DNA of 64,000 bases, taken from positions 310,001 to 374,000 of the forward strand of contig JBPGPT010000009.1 in NCBI GenBank assembly GCA_051047955.1. Direction: 5' to 3'. Each line of letters starts with the position of its first letter. Position 1 is the stretch's first letter. The position numbers were made by a program, and so were the translations under genes. The stretch comes from Cystobasidiomycetes sp. EMM_F5 (Eukaryota). Shown piece by piece: positions 12,421 through 24,559 of this stretch. The notes beneath the pieces were generated by a model, which was not told the DNA's origin, ran no database searches, and saw only the letters and a program-made list of their open reading frames with translations.

Positions 12421-14422
12421 CTAGAGTTCGTCCCTATCGTGGTGTGCTGTCTGCTTCTCTTCCGCACTGACTTCCTTCTCTTGCTCCCCGTCGCCCCAAG
12501 CCGTCCCAAACGTGCGCTTCAGATCCTTGTATTGAGCGGATCCAAGTTCTCGCTTTTCGCTACCCGCAACTTTCTGATCGCGATGGAGACGTTTACCTTG
12601 CTCAAGTTGACCACGTAAGAATTGTTCGGCTACTGCCCTATGGTTGTGAGCACCAACCTTGTTGAGTCGCGATAGCGGATTCTTCCTTTGCTGGTCTTTG
12701 AGGATAGCAAATCCAGGCTTCGCATTCTTACTGTCCTCGCTGTCGTCCACGACTGTCGACTGACTCTTGTCATCTGCGGCTGCAGCTTGATCGCTAGAAG
12801 CATCTTGCATGGCCTTATGAAAAATTGTTTCGATTGACTTCTGCAGCATCTGCATGAGCTGTGCGGTCGCCGGATCAGACTCGTCGCCGAGATTTCCTGA
12901 CAGCGCTTCGCTTCCGAGGCCAGTGGATACACCATCGGGATCCTCTTCGGTACCTAAAACAATCTGCCCGGTGACTGGATCAACGACCAGCACATAGTTG
13001 TCTGTGTAGAAGTCGCCATCGGTGTTGGATAATGGCGGATCCTCTTTGGTAGCCGATGTCTGGCTATCGCGTTTGGCAGCAGCCGCGTCGTTCGAAGTCG
13101 GTATGCTTGTCTCTGAGGCTCCTCCGTCGGTCGGAATTTCATTTCTGGACCTGTCGACAATGGTTTCGCCTCCTGCAGCAGTCTGCGAACTAATTTCAGT
13201 AGCGGGTAAGCCCGGCTTGACCGTCTCCCCTGACTGGAGCAGTAGAGTTTCATCATTGACGATAGGCCTGCATTCGATGATGCTGGTCTCCTTTCTCCGT
13301 CGCTCGGATGCGGCGTCATTCTCTGCATTGGATCCGCCTCCAAAGATTGGTTCGCCGCATAGACGGGGTGTGTGGATGACCATTACGTATTCGCAGATTG
13401 CGGTTTCTCGAATCAGAAAGATGCGATCAGAGGATTGGGAGTTGCAGTGAAACTAGAACAGAGACTGGTTAGCCATAGCGCAGAACGCTGTCTCACAGAT
13501 ACGCCATTTACCTGAACCTCTATCCGGCGCTGGACGCCAGTCTTATCGCACATTGTTCCACCGGACCATGACTGAACGAGGTATCGCTTGTGATCACCCA
13601 GCACGTCCTCATCATCTGCGTCCTGACCGTAAATGCCCATGCCCGTTGAGCTAGATTTGTCATCGCTGTCCAAAATTTCTCGAAGGCTGCCCAAGGCTCG
13701 GGCTTTCTTCGAGTTAACGAGCTTCTCGTCCCGGACGATTCGATGCGAGAAGAGACCGAGCGTGTACGAATCCTGCGTCGGGTCTTCAGCAATCCCTGGG
13801 CCTTTCGTATCGTGCACCCGAATGCCGTGGAATTGTCGAATTTCAGAGCCGTGACAGAAGGCGTCTGTACCGCTACTTAGCCATCAAGCGAATCCTGCGG
13901 GACGCTGCACGCACATGTGAACCATCCTTGAGTGAGGTACAGACAGTGTCCTTTTAGCGGTTCCAGCAGAGATATGCCTCGCTCAAATGCTTGCTGCCGC
14001 TCGACCTCGTTGCGTTGACGCTTCGCGGCCTTCTCCTCTACGGTGAGCTGTTGTTGCGGCTCTTGATTGTCTGCTGCTCTTCTTGAAGGACTATCTGACG
14101 CGACTTGCGGGACAGTACACAGATAGGCCTGCCTGGCATCTGCAGACCTTAGTAGATATGGCTTCGGATCAGGCGAGTGGACATCGATGCCAGCTTTGCC
14201 AATCCCTCCACGACCTGGCTCATGTTCTTGTCCTGCTACGGTATCATGTGTCCTCGCCAGTACCGCTTGAGCGCTGCTGTTTGATATCGGCCGGTCTGGA
14301 AAGAATTGGACAGCATAGGCTGGCAAGGCGAGCAAATCCAGCGGCGAGTGCGAAGGAATGGCAGAGACTTGCAGTGCCAGCTGCAGTAGAAGTAGGGCTA
14401 CCGCATCAGAAATATAGTACAT
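12421..14422 (-). CDS. YOS9: OS-9/Yos9 ER lectin (MRH/PRKCSH domain)
   Basis: Signal peptide; LEPLKGHCLYLTQGWFT; FCHGSEIRQFH; YLVQSWSGGTMCDKTGVQRRIEVQ; VIHTPRLC; C-terminal RDEL. Confidence 0.88.
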
Positions 14423-14482
14423 GACATTTGGTTTGATACAGCAATGACGATTGATGCAGGCACCGAAGATGCGACTTAAACT

Positions 14483-16295
14483 TCAGGCAGCGGAAGGCTT
14501 TTGCGGTTTCCGTACTTCATCATACTCTCTTTTGGCCTCTTTTGCGAAATGGTCATCAGTCAGCACTCGCAGGGCTGTCGCAGCAAGGCCCTTCATGACT
14601 TTAAGCGTAACCTTGTGACCTTCTGTAGTACCAGCAGCTGCAGCAAATTCTCTACAAACGCAGCATTCCTTCAGTTTCGGCATAAAATTGTGCAATAGTG
14701 TGAAGACTGACGGTGTATGATTGCCCGAACCCGCCCCGGTGCCTGGAAGCGCAAAGAGAGGGTGCAATGCAGGTAGCTCGTATGTCACGTCCCCAAAATC
14801 CGTCGAGCCAAAGGCATCATTGGATACTGGAATGGTCTCTTTCTGTTCGTCACGCATGTACCGCTGATATTCTGCAGCTAGGGTCGAGTCTGTAGCGCAA
14901 TTCATCAGCTTAAGAACGGCGCTGGTCCAGCTCTTCACCCTTACTGTTCTGCATATCCAAGTATTGCATGATCCATTTGATCTCTACTCTGCAGCCAGTA
15001 GCCTCTGCAGCTGCTTTGAAGCAATGCTCGATACGAGACTTGAGTTTCAAAACTTCGGCTTGCTGAGGGTGTCGAACTCCGACTGAGTGGTAATCAGCTC
15101 CAGTAATGCCGCACAAAGTGGGAGTAGCCAAGCTCACACTGCAACTTGGAATGAGCTGGGATAATATTGCACACCCATTCGTCCGATCCTTGGATTATAC
15201 CGTGTATTCTAGCTTGCGGAGAGACTTGTTGTCGCAAGGCTGAGACGTTGTTATACGCCAGGACGGCCGCATCCAATGCGTTGATGCCCTCCCATGGTGC
15301 TGCAGACCAGCTATCAGGACGGCCCTTTCATTTGGTGTACAGATATCTACCTCCAGCAGCGTGTGCGCTGAACGTGAGAAGTTTAGCGCTGTCATTTGAT
15401 GCCCAACTGACATCATGTTTACTCACTTTCGCCCGAAATACTCCACCGTACACTCGCTTACAGCCAACATCGGTGCCAAGGCACTGTAAGGCGTAGGATG
15501 CGCCATAAGGCAGATCTTTACATCGACAAACAGTTTAGCATCCCGACTACTAGCGTACTCCTCATGACTTACGTCCATCTGCTTGTAACCGCCGTTGCGA
15601 ATTATGACAATCTTGCCGCCATCCGCCTCTTCGGCAGGTACGCCGAGAAGAACAACCTTTCCAGGTATATCATGTCGTTGCATCGCTGCTGCAGTCGCCA
15701 AGGCTCCTCCGATACCGGCAACTAGATAGACGAATCAGCGGGATTTCAAATGTCGGTAGTCCATAGTCGGATCCGGCGTACTAGCAATCAAATTATGTCC
15801 GCAGGCGTGTCCAATCCCTGGAAGAGCATCCATTTCGCTGTTGAACTGGATATGTATATATTCAGTATGGTCTTCAAGGTGGTGCCTCTTCAACCGACGC
15901 ACTCCGATGACTCTGCCACCATGGCCCTGCTGGAACGAAGCTTCCCAACCGGTTTCAGTGCCGTAGACATGTCTCTTGACGGTCCATCCTGGCATATTTT
16001 CCATGAAGCCACTGAGTAGCTCGGCAGTTTTCCGTTCTTTCCAAGCTATTTCAGGATTGTCATGCATCTGTATTGATATCTCACGCAGAGATGCGGACAG
16101 TTTATCGACGGCATCTGAGATTGTCTTCAAGGCGTCCGACCCAGCATAGTCTGTGGAATAAGCCGGCAGGCTGTCTTCAACTTCTCGCAGCCTGAAGCTT
16201 GATCCAACGGGCTTCTCGTTTTGGACGACTTGATTTGGAGCAGCCTTTGCAGACTTTGAGCGTAACAAGCCCCCAAAGCAGCCTGGGACAGTCAT
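14483..16295 (-). CDS. Peptidase M20 family amidohydrolase (ACY1L2/PM20D2-like)
   Basis: HDNPEIAWKE, EMDALPGIGHACGHNLI, GVPAEEADGGK, PWEGINALDA, GSTDFGDVTY, GNHT. Confidence 0.9.
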
Positions 16296-16579
16296 GCTGT
16301 GACGATGTCGTTAACAGGCAAATTGGTCTACGCGTAGAAGAAGCAAGTGCAAGTCCAACTTCGGATATGGCAAAGTCACCGAGCCGAGTTCGGCTGGAAA
16401 TCAAACACGCCGTCATCGAAATTGTTTGTTCATTTGTGTATAACAGAGCGCAACAGTGTCCATGTTCACATAAGCTACGATCATGGCTAGTCGTTTGAGT
16501 TCACCAGTAGGCAGTGTCCATCGAGGAAAGGAGCGTGGGCAGATATCAGGGTGGGGCATAGAGAAGAGGCTAGCAAAGA

Positions 16580-17427
16580 CTAAAAGACCTGCTTGCTCCA
16601 TTTGTACGAAGCAACGTTACGTGCGACGTTCTGGCGTTTTGTGGATCTTTGAGTCGCACTCAGGGCAACTTGGCATGTCTGCGACTGAGCATTGCAGGTC
16701 ATTCCTGATCCGCAGAAGTTGTTCAATTGGGAGACGATACCGCATGGGCTGCATTGCATACAGTCAGTCAGCCATAGACAGTAAAACAGATGAAGCGGGC
16801 AACTTACTCGCCAACCTTGGGCGCAATTCGAGCAGTACAAGCGTTATTTGTGCAAGTGCCGCTCGCACACTCGGAACCAGTTGTGCAGAGCTGTGGTGTA
16901 TGCACAACGTGTCTCAGGTCGAAGCGCTGATGTAATATCTAAAAGATACTCACAGCACCGACACCACCGCAAGCTGGGTAGAATGTTCCAGGGTCGGCAG
17001 CAGTTCCGCAAGAAAGGAAACCTAGGCAACCGAGGTACTGTCCGCATGGATCGCCAAAGTAGCCTCGGCATTGACCGCCAGTGAATTGACCATTAGGATA
17101 CAAGCAGGAGCCGGAACCTTGGCACTGCAGAAAGTGATGGCTCAGCTTCAATCGTGAGCGTCACAAGTAAGTGCAGCTCACCTGGTCATCTGTTGCGCAG
17201 GCAGCGCCTACATAACCGCACTCGCCGGTACCGGGCAGCTGTGGGTCGTTGACGCAGATGGCGGACACGGTCGTGGTTGGGGACGTTCGGAGGGTACAAC
17301 CGGTAGGGCCATTGCCAGTGGTGCAGCTGGAGAAGCCCGCTGTGCCTGGGATAGGGATGTTCTGTGCCAGCACAGAGGAGGTGAAGGCAGCTGCAAAGAA
17401 CAAAGTGGTTTTGGGCGACAGCATCAT
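16580..17427 (-). CDS. Secreted cysteine-rich protein (~220 aa, 20 Cys, 4 exons)
   Basis: Signal peptide MMLSPKTTLFFAAAFTSSVLAQ; three GT-AG introns join Cys-rich exons with repeated GxxC modules. Confidence 0.8.
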
Positions 17428-18188
17428 GTAGGCTCAGTGTGGGGAAGGAAGATTGCAGTAATGAATGTATTTGCAGATGCAGCTGGGACTTTTGCAACTG
17501 GCAGTTGGAGGTGTGATGGAAGAAGAAACAAGAAAGAGAAAGGGCGGCGCGATGCTTTCTTCATTATCAGGAGAGATCAAATTATAGCCGCCCGTCATAA
17601 ATTTGCTTAGCCCTGTGGATGTTCACCGCAATGCGATCGCGGTCGCGGCGAAATGGCTTCGACAGTTCAGGGCCCGCGTGCTTAGTCATCAGAATACGAG
17701 CACTGCGGTGCTTGCGCTGCCATCCCCGCCGTGCGTAGCGGTGATGGTCTACAGCCCTTGCACTGTCTCCCAGTATCTCTATGCGGGGATTTCATGATGA
17801 TCAGCTCGTTTGGCGACCGTCAGCTATAAGATGAAAGCAATGAAGCTGGTGCCGGTTCAGTATGTATGTAGAGCAGCCTGAAAGCGTGCACCACTCGGAG
17901 CATAAGCAGCATACACAGCGTATGTAGAGTATGACCTGGTCACAGTGACTGCAGTCTGTTCATTTTGGCAAGTCGGTGTCAATCAAAGGCTTCAGCGGGC
18001 ACAACTCGATTGAACGACTTTGCCTGTCACCAAAGCTGGACGCTGAGCAAGATATATGCAAACTGAGCTGCTGCGTGGGCAGTCAGCGACGCGATAGGTT
18101 GTGGCAGGTCTGCGCCTAGGGAGCTCTGGGCATATTCAGCGCTCTAGCCGCAATCTAGGGCAGTAATAAGACCACAGTGGTCGAGAAC

Positions 18189-20091
18189 ATGGACATCGAC
18201 GAGCGGGTAGCCTCTACGTCTGCAATTCAGCACAAGCATGCACCCCGCTCCGCTTCGACGCCCGCCCTCGCGAGATTCGGTCAGCATCGCTCGTCGTACT
18301 CGGAGGGGCGCAGCAGCAGTGTCGCGCCGTTGCTGGCCAGTCCGACCAGTCAGCACCCTGCAAACGGCTCCGGTTCAAGAAAGGGCAAGGAGAAGGTCGT
18401 CTATGGTGACAGGTCGGTTGAGAATCATCCCGCTTTCCAAGGTTTGGGTCACGTACAGCTCAGCTAATCGTGCGTACATTATTTGCAGGTACATCCCCAG
18501 CAGGAGCGCACTAGACCTCTCTACGCAGTTCAACCTTCTTACCAACGGAGGATCGCAAGCGCCTTCTTCCCCTTCCTCGACCGCCTCGTCCAAGCGGAAA
18601 CTGGCTCGAGGTCCCGAATCCGATGCACAACGAGACGAAGCCAACAAGACGTTCAATGCCTTTCTCCGAAGCGAGCTCTTTGGGACTTCAGCCTCTCAGC
18701 ACACATCTACTGCCCTCGATAATGCGTTTCTAACGCAATCTCCTTCCACGTCGCGGTATGCCGCTGGTAACCCGGCCATGTCGGTAGCGGCATCCCTACC
18801 CACCACACCCACTCGAACAAAGAATCTCTTTACGTATCGAAGTCCGACTCGATCAAGAGCAGGATCATTCAATTCGGCACATGGCAGCGGAAACGCCTTG
18901 CGATCAAGTCAGGGCGATGCAGAGAATAAGACTTTGGATTCACCAACGCACGACCGTTATTCCGCCAGTCCTATCAAATATGAGAATCAGAAACTATTGC
19001 TCAGTCCACGGAAGACACCCAGAACATGGTCAAAAGTGCCATTCAAAGTACTCGATGCTCCCGAACTCGCAGACGATTTCTATCTCAATCTCGTCGACTG
19101 GTCGAGTACAAACATACTGGCAGTTGGGCTAGGAGCGTGTGTGTATCTCTGGTCTGCGCAGACCAGTCGCGTGACGAAGTTGTGTGACTTGGCGGAAATT
19201 AGCGATTCAGTCACTAGTCTCGACTGGGTGCAGCGAGGATCAAAGATTGCCGTGGGAACCAATACTGGCATGGTTCGGATATACGATGCCGAGACTCAGC
19301 AGTTCGAGCGGCAAATGGGCGGTCATACGGCTCGTGTCGGGACACTTGCATGGAACGATTACGTTCTATCTACAGGTTCGCGAGATAGATCAATACTGCA
19401 TCGCGATGTCAGAGAGGCACCACATTCCTTTCGTCGTCTCGTCGGACATCGTCAAGAAGTGTGTGGTCTCAAGTGGTCCCCTTCTGGAACTCAGCTCGCT
19501 AGCGGTGGTAACGATAATAAGCTGCTAGTCTGGGAAGGCTTGAATCCGAGTCCGCTACACCGATTTGCAGATCATATCGCCGCTGTCAAAGCCATCACTT
19601 GGAATACACACCAGCATGGCGTCTTGGCCAGCGGTGGGGGAACGGCAGACAAGAAGATTCGATTCTGGAATACGCTTACTGGCAAACTGCTGTCTGAAGT
19701 TGACACAGGCAGTCAAGTGTGCAGCCTTATGTGGTCCAAGAAGTAGGTTTCTGTCTATGTGTGTGTCGAGAAAAGGGAAAACAAGCTGACCCTCTGTCAC
19801 CTCTGTCTGCGCGATTCCAGTACGAACGAGCTAGTATCTACGCATGGCTTCTCTCAAGCTTCGGCAATCCAGAACCAAGTCTGTGTGTGGAAGTATCCGC
19901 AGATGCAACAGGTTGCTACCCTCACCGGCCATACGACTCGCGTTCTCTACCTCGCCATGTCTCCTGATGGGCAGACCATCGTGACTGGTGCCGGGGACGA
20001 GACTCTGCGGTTCTGGAATGCTTTTGCAAAGGGTAGGATGGACAAGAAGGGAGATGCTGGAGTGCTCAATCCTTTTGGGCAGATTCGGTAG
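18189..20091 (+). CDS. CDH1: APC/C activator Cdh1/Fizzy-related WD40 protein
   Basis: Spliced C-box YGDRYIPSR; LLLSPRK; KVLDAPELADDFYLNLVDWS; WD40 repeats; AGDETLRFW; IR tail. Confidence 0.95.
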
Positions 20092-20324
20092 TAGCTAGTA
20101 GCGGAGATCTTTCATCGGTCTAGGTTTTCAAATCCGTAGTTGTTGTCTCTACTTTCGCTTCTTTCCAATGTTTGATGAGTCTATGCACACTTGCCTCACA
20201 AGCCTGCAACGGTCGTTGCGTCACGATGACCCTTTATTCGCAGATTACATTCAAAAGCCCATGCTGAATCTCGAAGACGCGTCGCCCGTCTTCTGACTGC
20301 GTACTGCCACACAGACCACACACA

Positions 20325-21857
20325 ATGGACGACCTCGCCAGCCTGCAGCGACGTGCTCAAGGCGAGCTTGCTAATGCTAGAGTCCCGCTGTTTCTGCAGT
20401 CTCGAGGGTCCGTGTGGTCGTCTACGCAAAAGCCAATTGCTGCCTTTTCGCTATACGCGTTGGGAATATGGGTGCTCAACAGTATGGGCTTGGGTGGGTA
20501 CTTACTCTTTTGACGTGTTTACGTGAGCTAAAGTCGAATCTCTGAATGCCGTCATTCTACTGGACAGCCCCGAATTTCGGACGTGGAGCGTCATCTCTGA
20601 CATCCATACTCTCAATGATAGTCGGCTTGATGATCTCGTATCGGTAGGCTATAATTTCACGAAGCAAAATGTACACGCTAACGGTAAGACAGGTCTGGCT
20701 CGTCTTCTGACCGCTGGCATGAGGGGCGGCGTATATGGGCAAGCGTGACAAGTTCGCTTCGAGTCCTCATCACCACTCTTCATCTCAGTCTGCCACCCCC
20801 ATCTATGAGAGCGCAGACTGCTAGCGAGCATCAAGCTTCGGTCGACCAGCTGCTGGCACTCTGCGCAGCATACGCCTATGCGCTTAAGTAGGTGCAACCG
20901 TTAGTCACGATCTGTTAGAGCAGTCCTCATTGTCCCCTGCAGGAATCACCTGCGAGACCAGGATGCTCTACGGGATCCCGCTTTCTGCGCCCTGGTCCCG
21001 CAAGCTATCCTGTCTGCATGCGCAGCTACGCCGGCGAGCCAGCGGACTGTACCGCTACAAGGTGTCGACGAAGCAGAGAAATTCAACAGAATCCGGAATG
21101 ATGAAGACGAGGATATCGGTGCACGCCCAAAGAAGGTTGGAGCGACCATATCTGGAGGGCCCCGAAATATGCCGCTATACATCCTAAGACAGATTGTGAG
21201 CGTGCATATTGTACCAGCCGGAGAGAGTGCCGACGTCTATACTTTGTATCTAGCATTCCATGCTCAACAGCTTTCACACAACCTCTGCTCCCTCGGCCGG
21301 TGCGCCGGGAGGTGACAGCCCGCTACTGGAGACTGCTACATGGGCAACAAGCTTGGGTATTTTGAAGGAGATGACTGATCAGCTTTCACAAGCTGAGCGA
21401 ATCAGGTGATTCCTACCAATGCGCACGCACGCGCGAGGCTAACATTTTCTGCATGTGCAGGGACACTCCTATTCCTATCGCACTTGGCATACACGTCCAG
21501 CAGATGTTGGTCCTATACTGCCTCAGCATCCCGCCCCAGCTTGTTGAAATGCTTGGGCTGTGGGTTGTGCCCGTATCGGCTGTGGTGTGAGTCGCGGTTG
21601 CAAGCATGCTTTCGGTCTAGGATACTGAGATGTCTCTACGAAGTGCATGGACATTTTGGGGCGTTGATTCGGCTGCCGCTCAATTATCAGATCCATTTGG
21701 TACAGACAGCAACGACTTGCCAGTCGACCGCTTCGTCAAGAATATTCACGCAGAGTATCTCGAAGTTGTGGGAACTGGAATTACGTCAGGTAGCAATGCC
21801 AACGACGATTTGTTGACGCTTCCATCTGGCATTGGCAGTAGACCTAAAGGAGAGTAG
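20325..21857 (+). CDS. Bestrophin/UPF0187-family anion channel
   Basis: Spliced motifs VGLMISYRSGSSSDRWHEGRRIW, ERIRDTPIP and QLSDPFGTDSNDLPVD. Confidence 0.85.
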
Positions 21858-21932
21858 TGCGGCCAAGTCTACGGGTACTCTGTGGCAGTAGACCTAAAGG
21901 AGAGTAATGCGGCTAAGTCTACGGGTATTCTA
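21833..21932. repeat. Tandem 2 x 50-bp direct repeat spanning the bestrophin stop codon
   Basis: tggcagtagacctaaaggagagta(g/a)tgcggc(c/t)aagtctacgggta(c/t)tct(g/a); 46/50 identical. Confidence 0.95.
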
Positions 21933-22082
21933 TGAAGTCTGGCAGAAAGCAGTGGTAATTTTTGTCGCTAGAGTGCAGTACCTGTACTACCATATGTACA
22001 ATGATCGGGCCTAATATACACGGTCAGCTTGAAGGCTGCTGATGCGGCCGTCTGTGTCCGTCCGACCCCACGTTCGCCCACC

Positions 22083-24265
22083 ATGGCGTTCGTGCCAATG
22101 TACTCTGCTCCGTCCATATGGGACTCCAAGGCGAAGTCCAAACCTGCGCCGTCAGGTTCGGCCAGCAATGCTAGCGGGCAGCGCCGTGGCAGTAATGCAG
22201 GGGCCGCAATCCCGAGTTCTGGAACGGAAAGCAGCTCAGTCGCATCCAGCACTTCGCGAGTTCATTCGGGCTCCCTCAGCGTCCCGAGCAGCCGTCGTAG
22301 CTCCATCGAGCACCACCCGACAGGTCAAACTACCGACTTGGCTCAAATACGAGCTGTCCGAGAAGCTGTCATCAAACGAGATGTGGAAGAGCTGCGGCGA
22401 TTGTCTGTTAAAGGCTTTGTCAATAATGCTATGCGGCGGCTTGTCTGGTACGTGGAGTGCAAGGCTTATTGCTATTTCGATAAAGAACGCTAAACAGTCG
22501 CATCTTTGGTATGTTGTTGTTCTAGGCCGCTAATGCTCAACGTATCTGCATCGTCACTGACTACGATTAAGGAGGAAACGGATGCTGCCAAAAAGGATCA
22601 GAATAATGCTGTCCAGATTCAGCGAGACAGGGACGATGAGCCCGACCGAGATGCTAAACACAAGGACGAATACCAAGTCAAACTAGACATCGACCGCTCA
22701 TTTGTTCACCTGACTTCCGGTGAGACCGGAGCTCTAATTGGCTCCTAACATATCGTTTAACCTCGTATTCTGTACACATAGATGATGAGCGCACGATTCG
22801 GCGGAGACAGCTTTCGCAAATCATAGTCTCTACCCTCCGAGCGCACCCGAGTCTCAATTACTTTCAGGTAAAACGAAGATCTGTGTTCGTATAAGCGAAG
22901 CTGATTGCAATCTTCAGGGATATCACGACATAGTTTCCGTCATCATCCTAGTCTGTGATGACGACACCGAATTAGCAGAGCGTCTGAGCGAGCGCGTCTC
23001 ATTGTATCATATTCGAGATAGTATGCTGTCTTGGCTGGGTCCGACGGTTGGCTATCTAAGGTGCGCATGCTGCTGTCCAGCAAGCGGACAGATATTGATG
23101 CCGTGGTCTTGTAGGTTGCTTAAGAAGATCCTAGAGCAAGCAGATCCCAGCTTGGCCGAGGCGGTCGAAAAGTACGAAACGCTATCTGTCTGCCATGGTG
23201 GTATTACGCTACTGACTGCACGCGCAGGGCCTCTTCAATACCTTACTTCTCAATATCTTGGGTACTAACCCTCTTTGCCCATGATATCACCTCTATCGAG
23301 GTTACTGCCAGGGTCTTTGACTTTCTTCTAGCTCACAATCCTGCAATGGTCTCGTACCTCTGCGCTGCTGTATGTATGTGCTTCCCGAATCAAAGCAACG
23401 GCTAACACGAGACGAGACGCAGATTGTTATTGCGAAGAAGAATGCACTGTCAGAGCTAGATCCTGATATTGCCAATGACCCTGCTACCGTTCATACTGTA
23501 TTGTCAAAACTGCCCAAGTTGTCAGTCGATCTGCCTAGTCGTCCCTCCTCCGTCTCGACAACGCCGAACAAGGCAAACTCTCCCAGACCGACCAACGTCG
23601 TCAACCCTGGTGATGCCATTGCTTCTGCATTCACGGCTCTGGCAAATCTACTGGATCAGCCTGTATCGAGCGTGGGCATGCATTCACGAACTTCTAGCGT
23701 CAACAGTTCGGGCTTTATCGACTTATCTGAGTCGGCTGACGGAGTCCACCCATCACATTCCCCGCGAACCCGCAAGCCAGCTGATCAGCCGCTGTACCTC
23801 AATGACCTATTTGCCAAAGCTGTGTACCTATACGCGCAATTCCCTCTTGATCATTCTGGAGTGAATGCGTCAAGCATATTCGGTCCTCAGAGTGCTGTCT
23901 TCACTTGGGGCAAAACAACACTTTCCAATACGGAGGCAGAACAGATTGTTGCTCAGGGAACCGACGTAATTATGCCAGACCCAGAAGAGGAGGAGAAGAG
24001 GAGGCAAGACAGCGAGGAGAAAAGGAAGAAGGACGAACAATCACGGAAACTATTGCGCAAGGCTGGAAAGGTACCGTTACACCGGCTACTGTATGCCTTG
24101 CAACAAGTCGGTATCTCACAATCAACAGCTGTGCTGATACTGGCTGGCATGGCTGGCATTATGCTGGCGACATATGCAACGAAAGATGGCAGCGTTCTCT
24201 ACACAAATACGAAGATCTGGCTGCGCCAGTCGTGGATTGTACGTCTTGCATTGGGTAACTTATGA
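22083..24265 (+). CDS. GYP8: TBC-domain Rab GAP, Gyp8/TBC1D20 family, with a C-terminal TM helix (possible readthrough to 24505)
   Basis: GFVNNAMRRLVW; QVKLDIDRSF (R finger); YFQ|GYHDI (Q finger); WVLTLFAHD; TM segment AVLILAGMAGIMLATY. Confidence 0.88.
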
Positions 24266-24559
24266 CTAGCACTGGCGAAGCGGGCCCATAAGTTCTCTCT
24301 CCTGCGAAACAAGCTTAATCAAGCTATTCGGCAAAGACAGTCGAAGCAGGAAGCGGAGAACCGCCTCGCCTCCGTTCTGGCGGAGTCTGGCGTTGCTCTA
24401 ATGAGCGACGACCGTACAGATGCGGACCTCGAGACTGGTGATAGCTCACCAAGCGTATACAGCATAGAAAGTCGCGTCATTACACCTGAACCTCCGTGGA
24501 TGTAGCGATACAATCAAGTGTGTAGATTAATTGCAACGGTATTGCTATGAAAAAAAACC

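Noticed and set aside
21833..21932. Direct repeat considered as a CRISPR-like array or transposon end
   Set aside because: Only two abutting copies, no spacers, no transposase or cas genes, and a eukaryotic context.
24255..24269. 15-nt GT...AG segment (gtaacttatgactag) that would remove the Gyp8 stop in frame
   Set aside because: Far shorter than other introns here (mostly 50 nt or more); readthrough is the more plausible route, though RNA-seq should exclude this.
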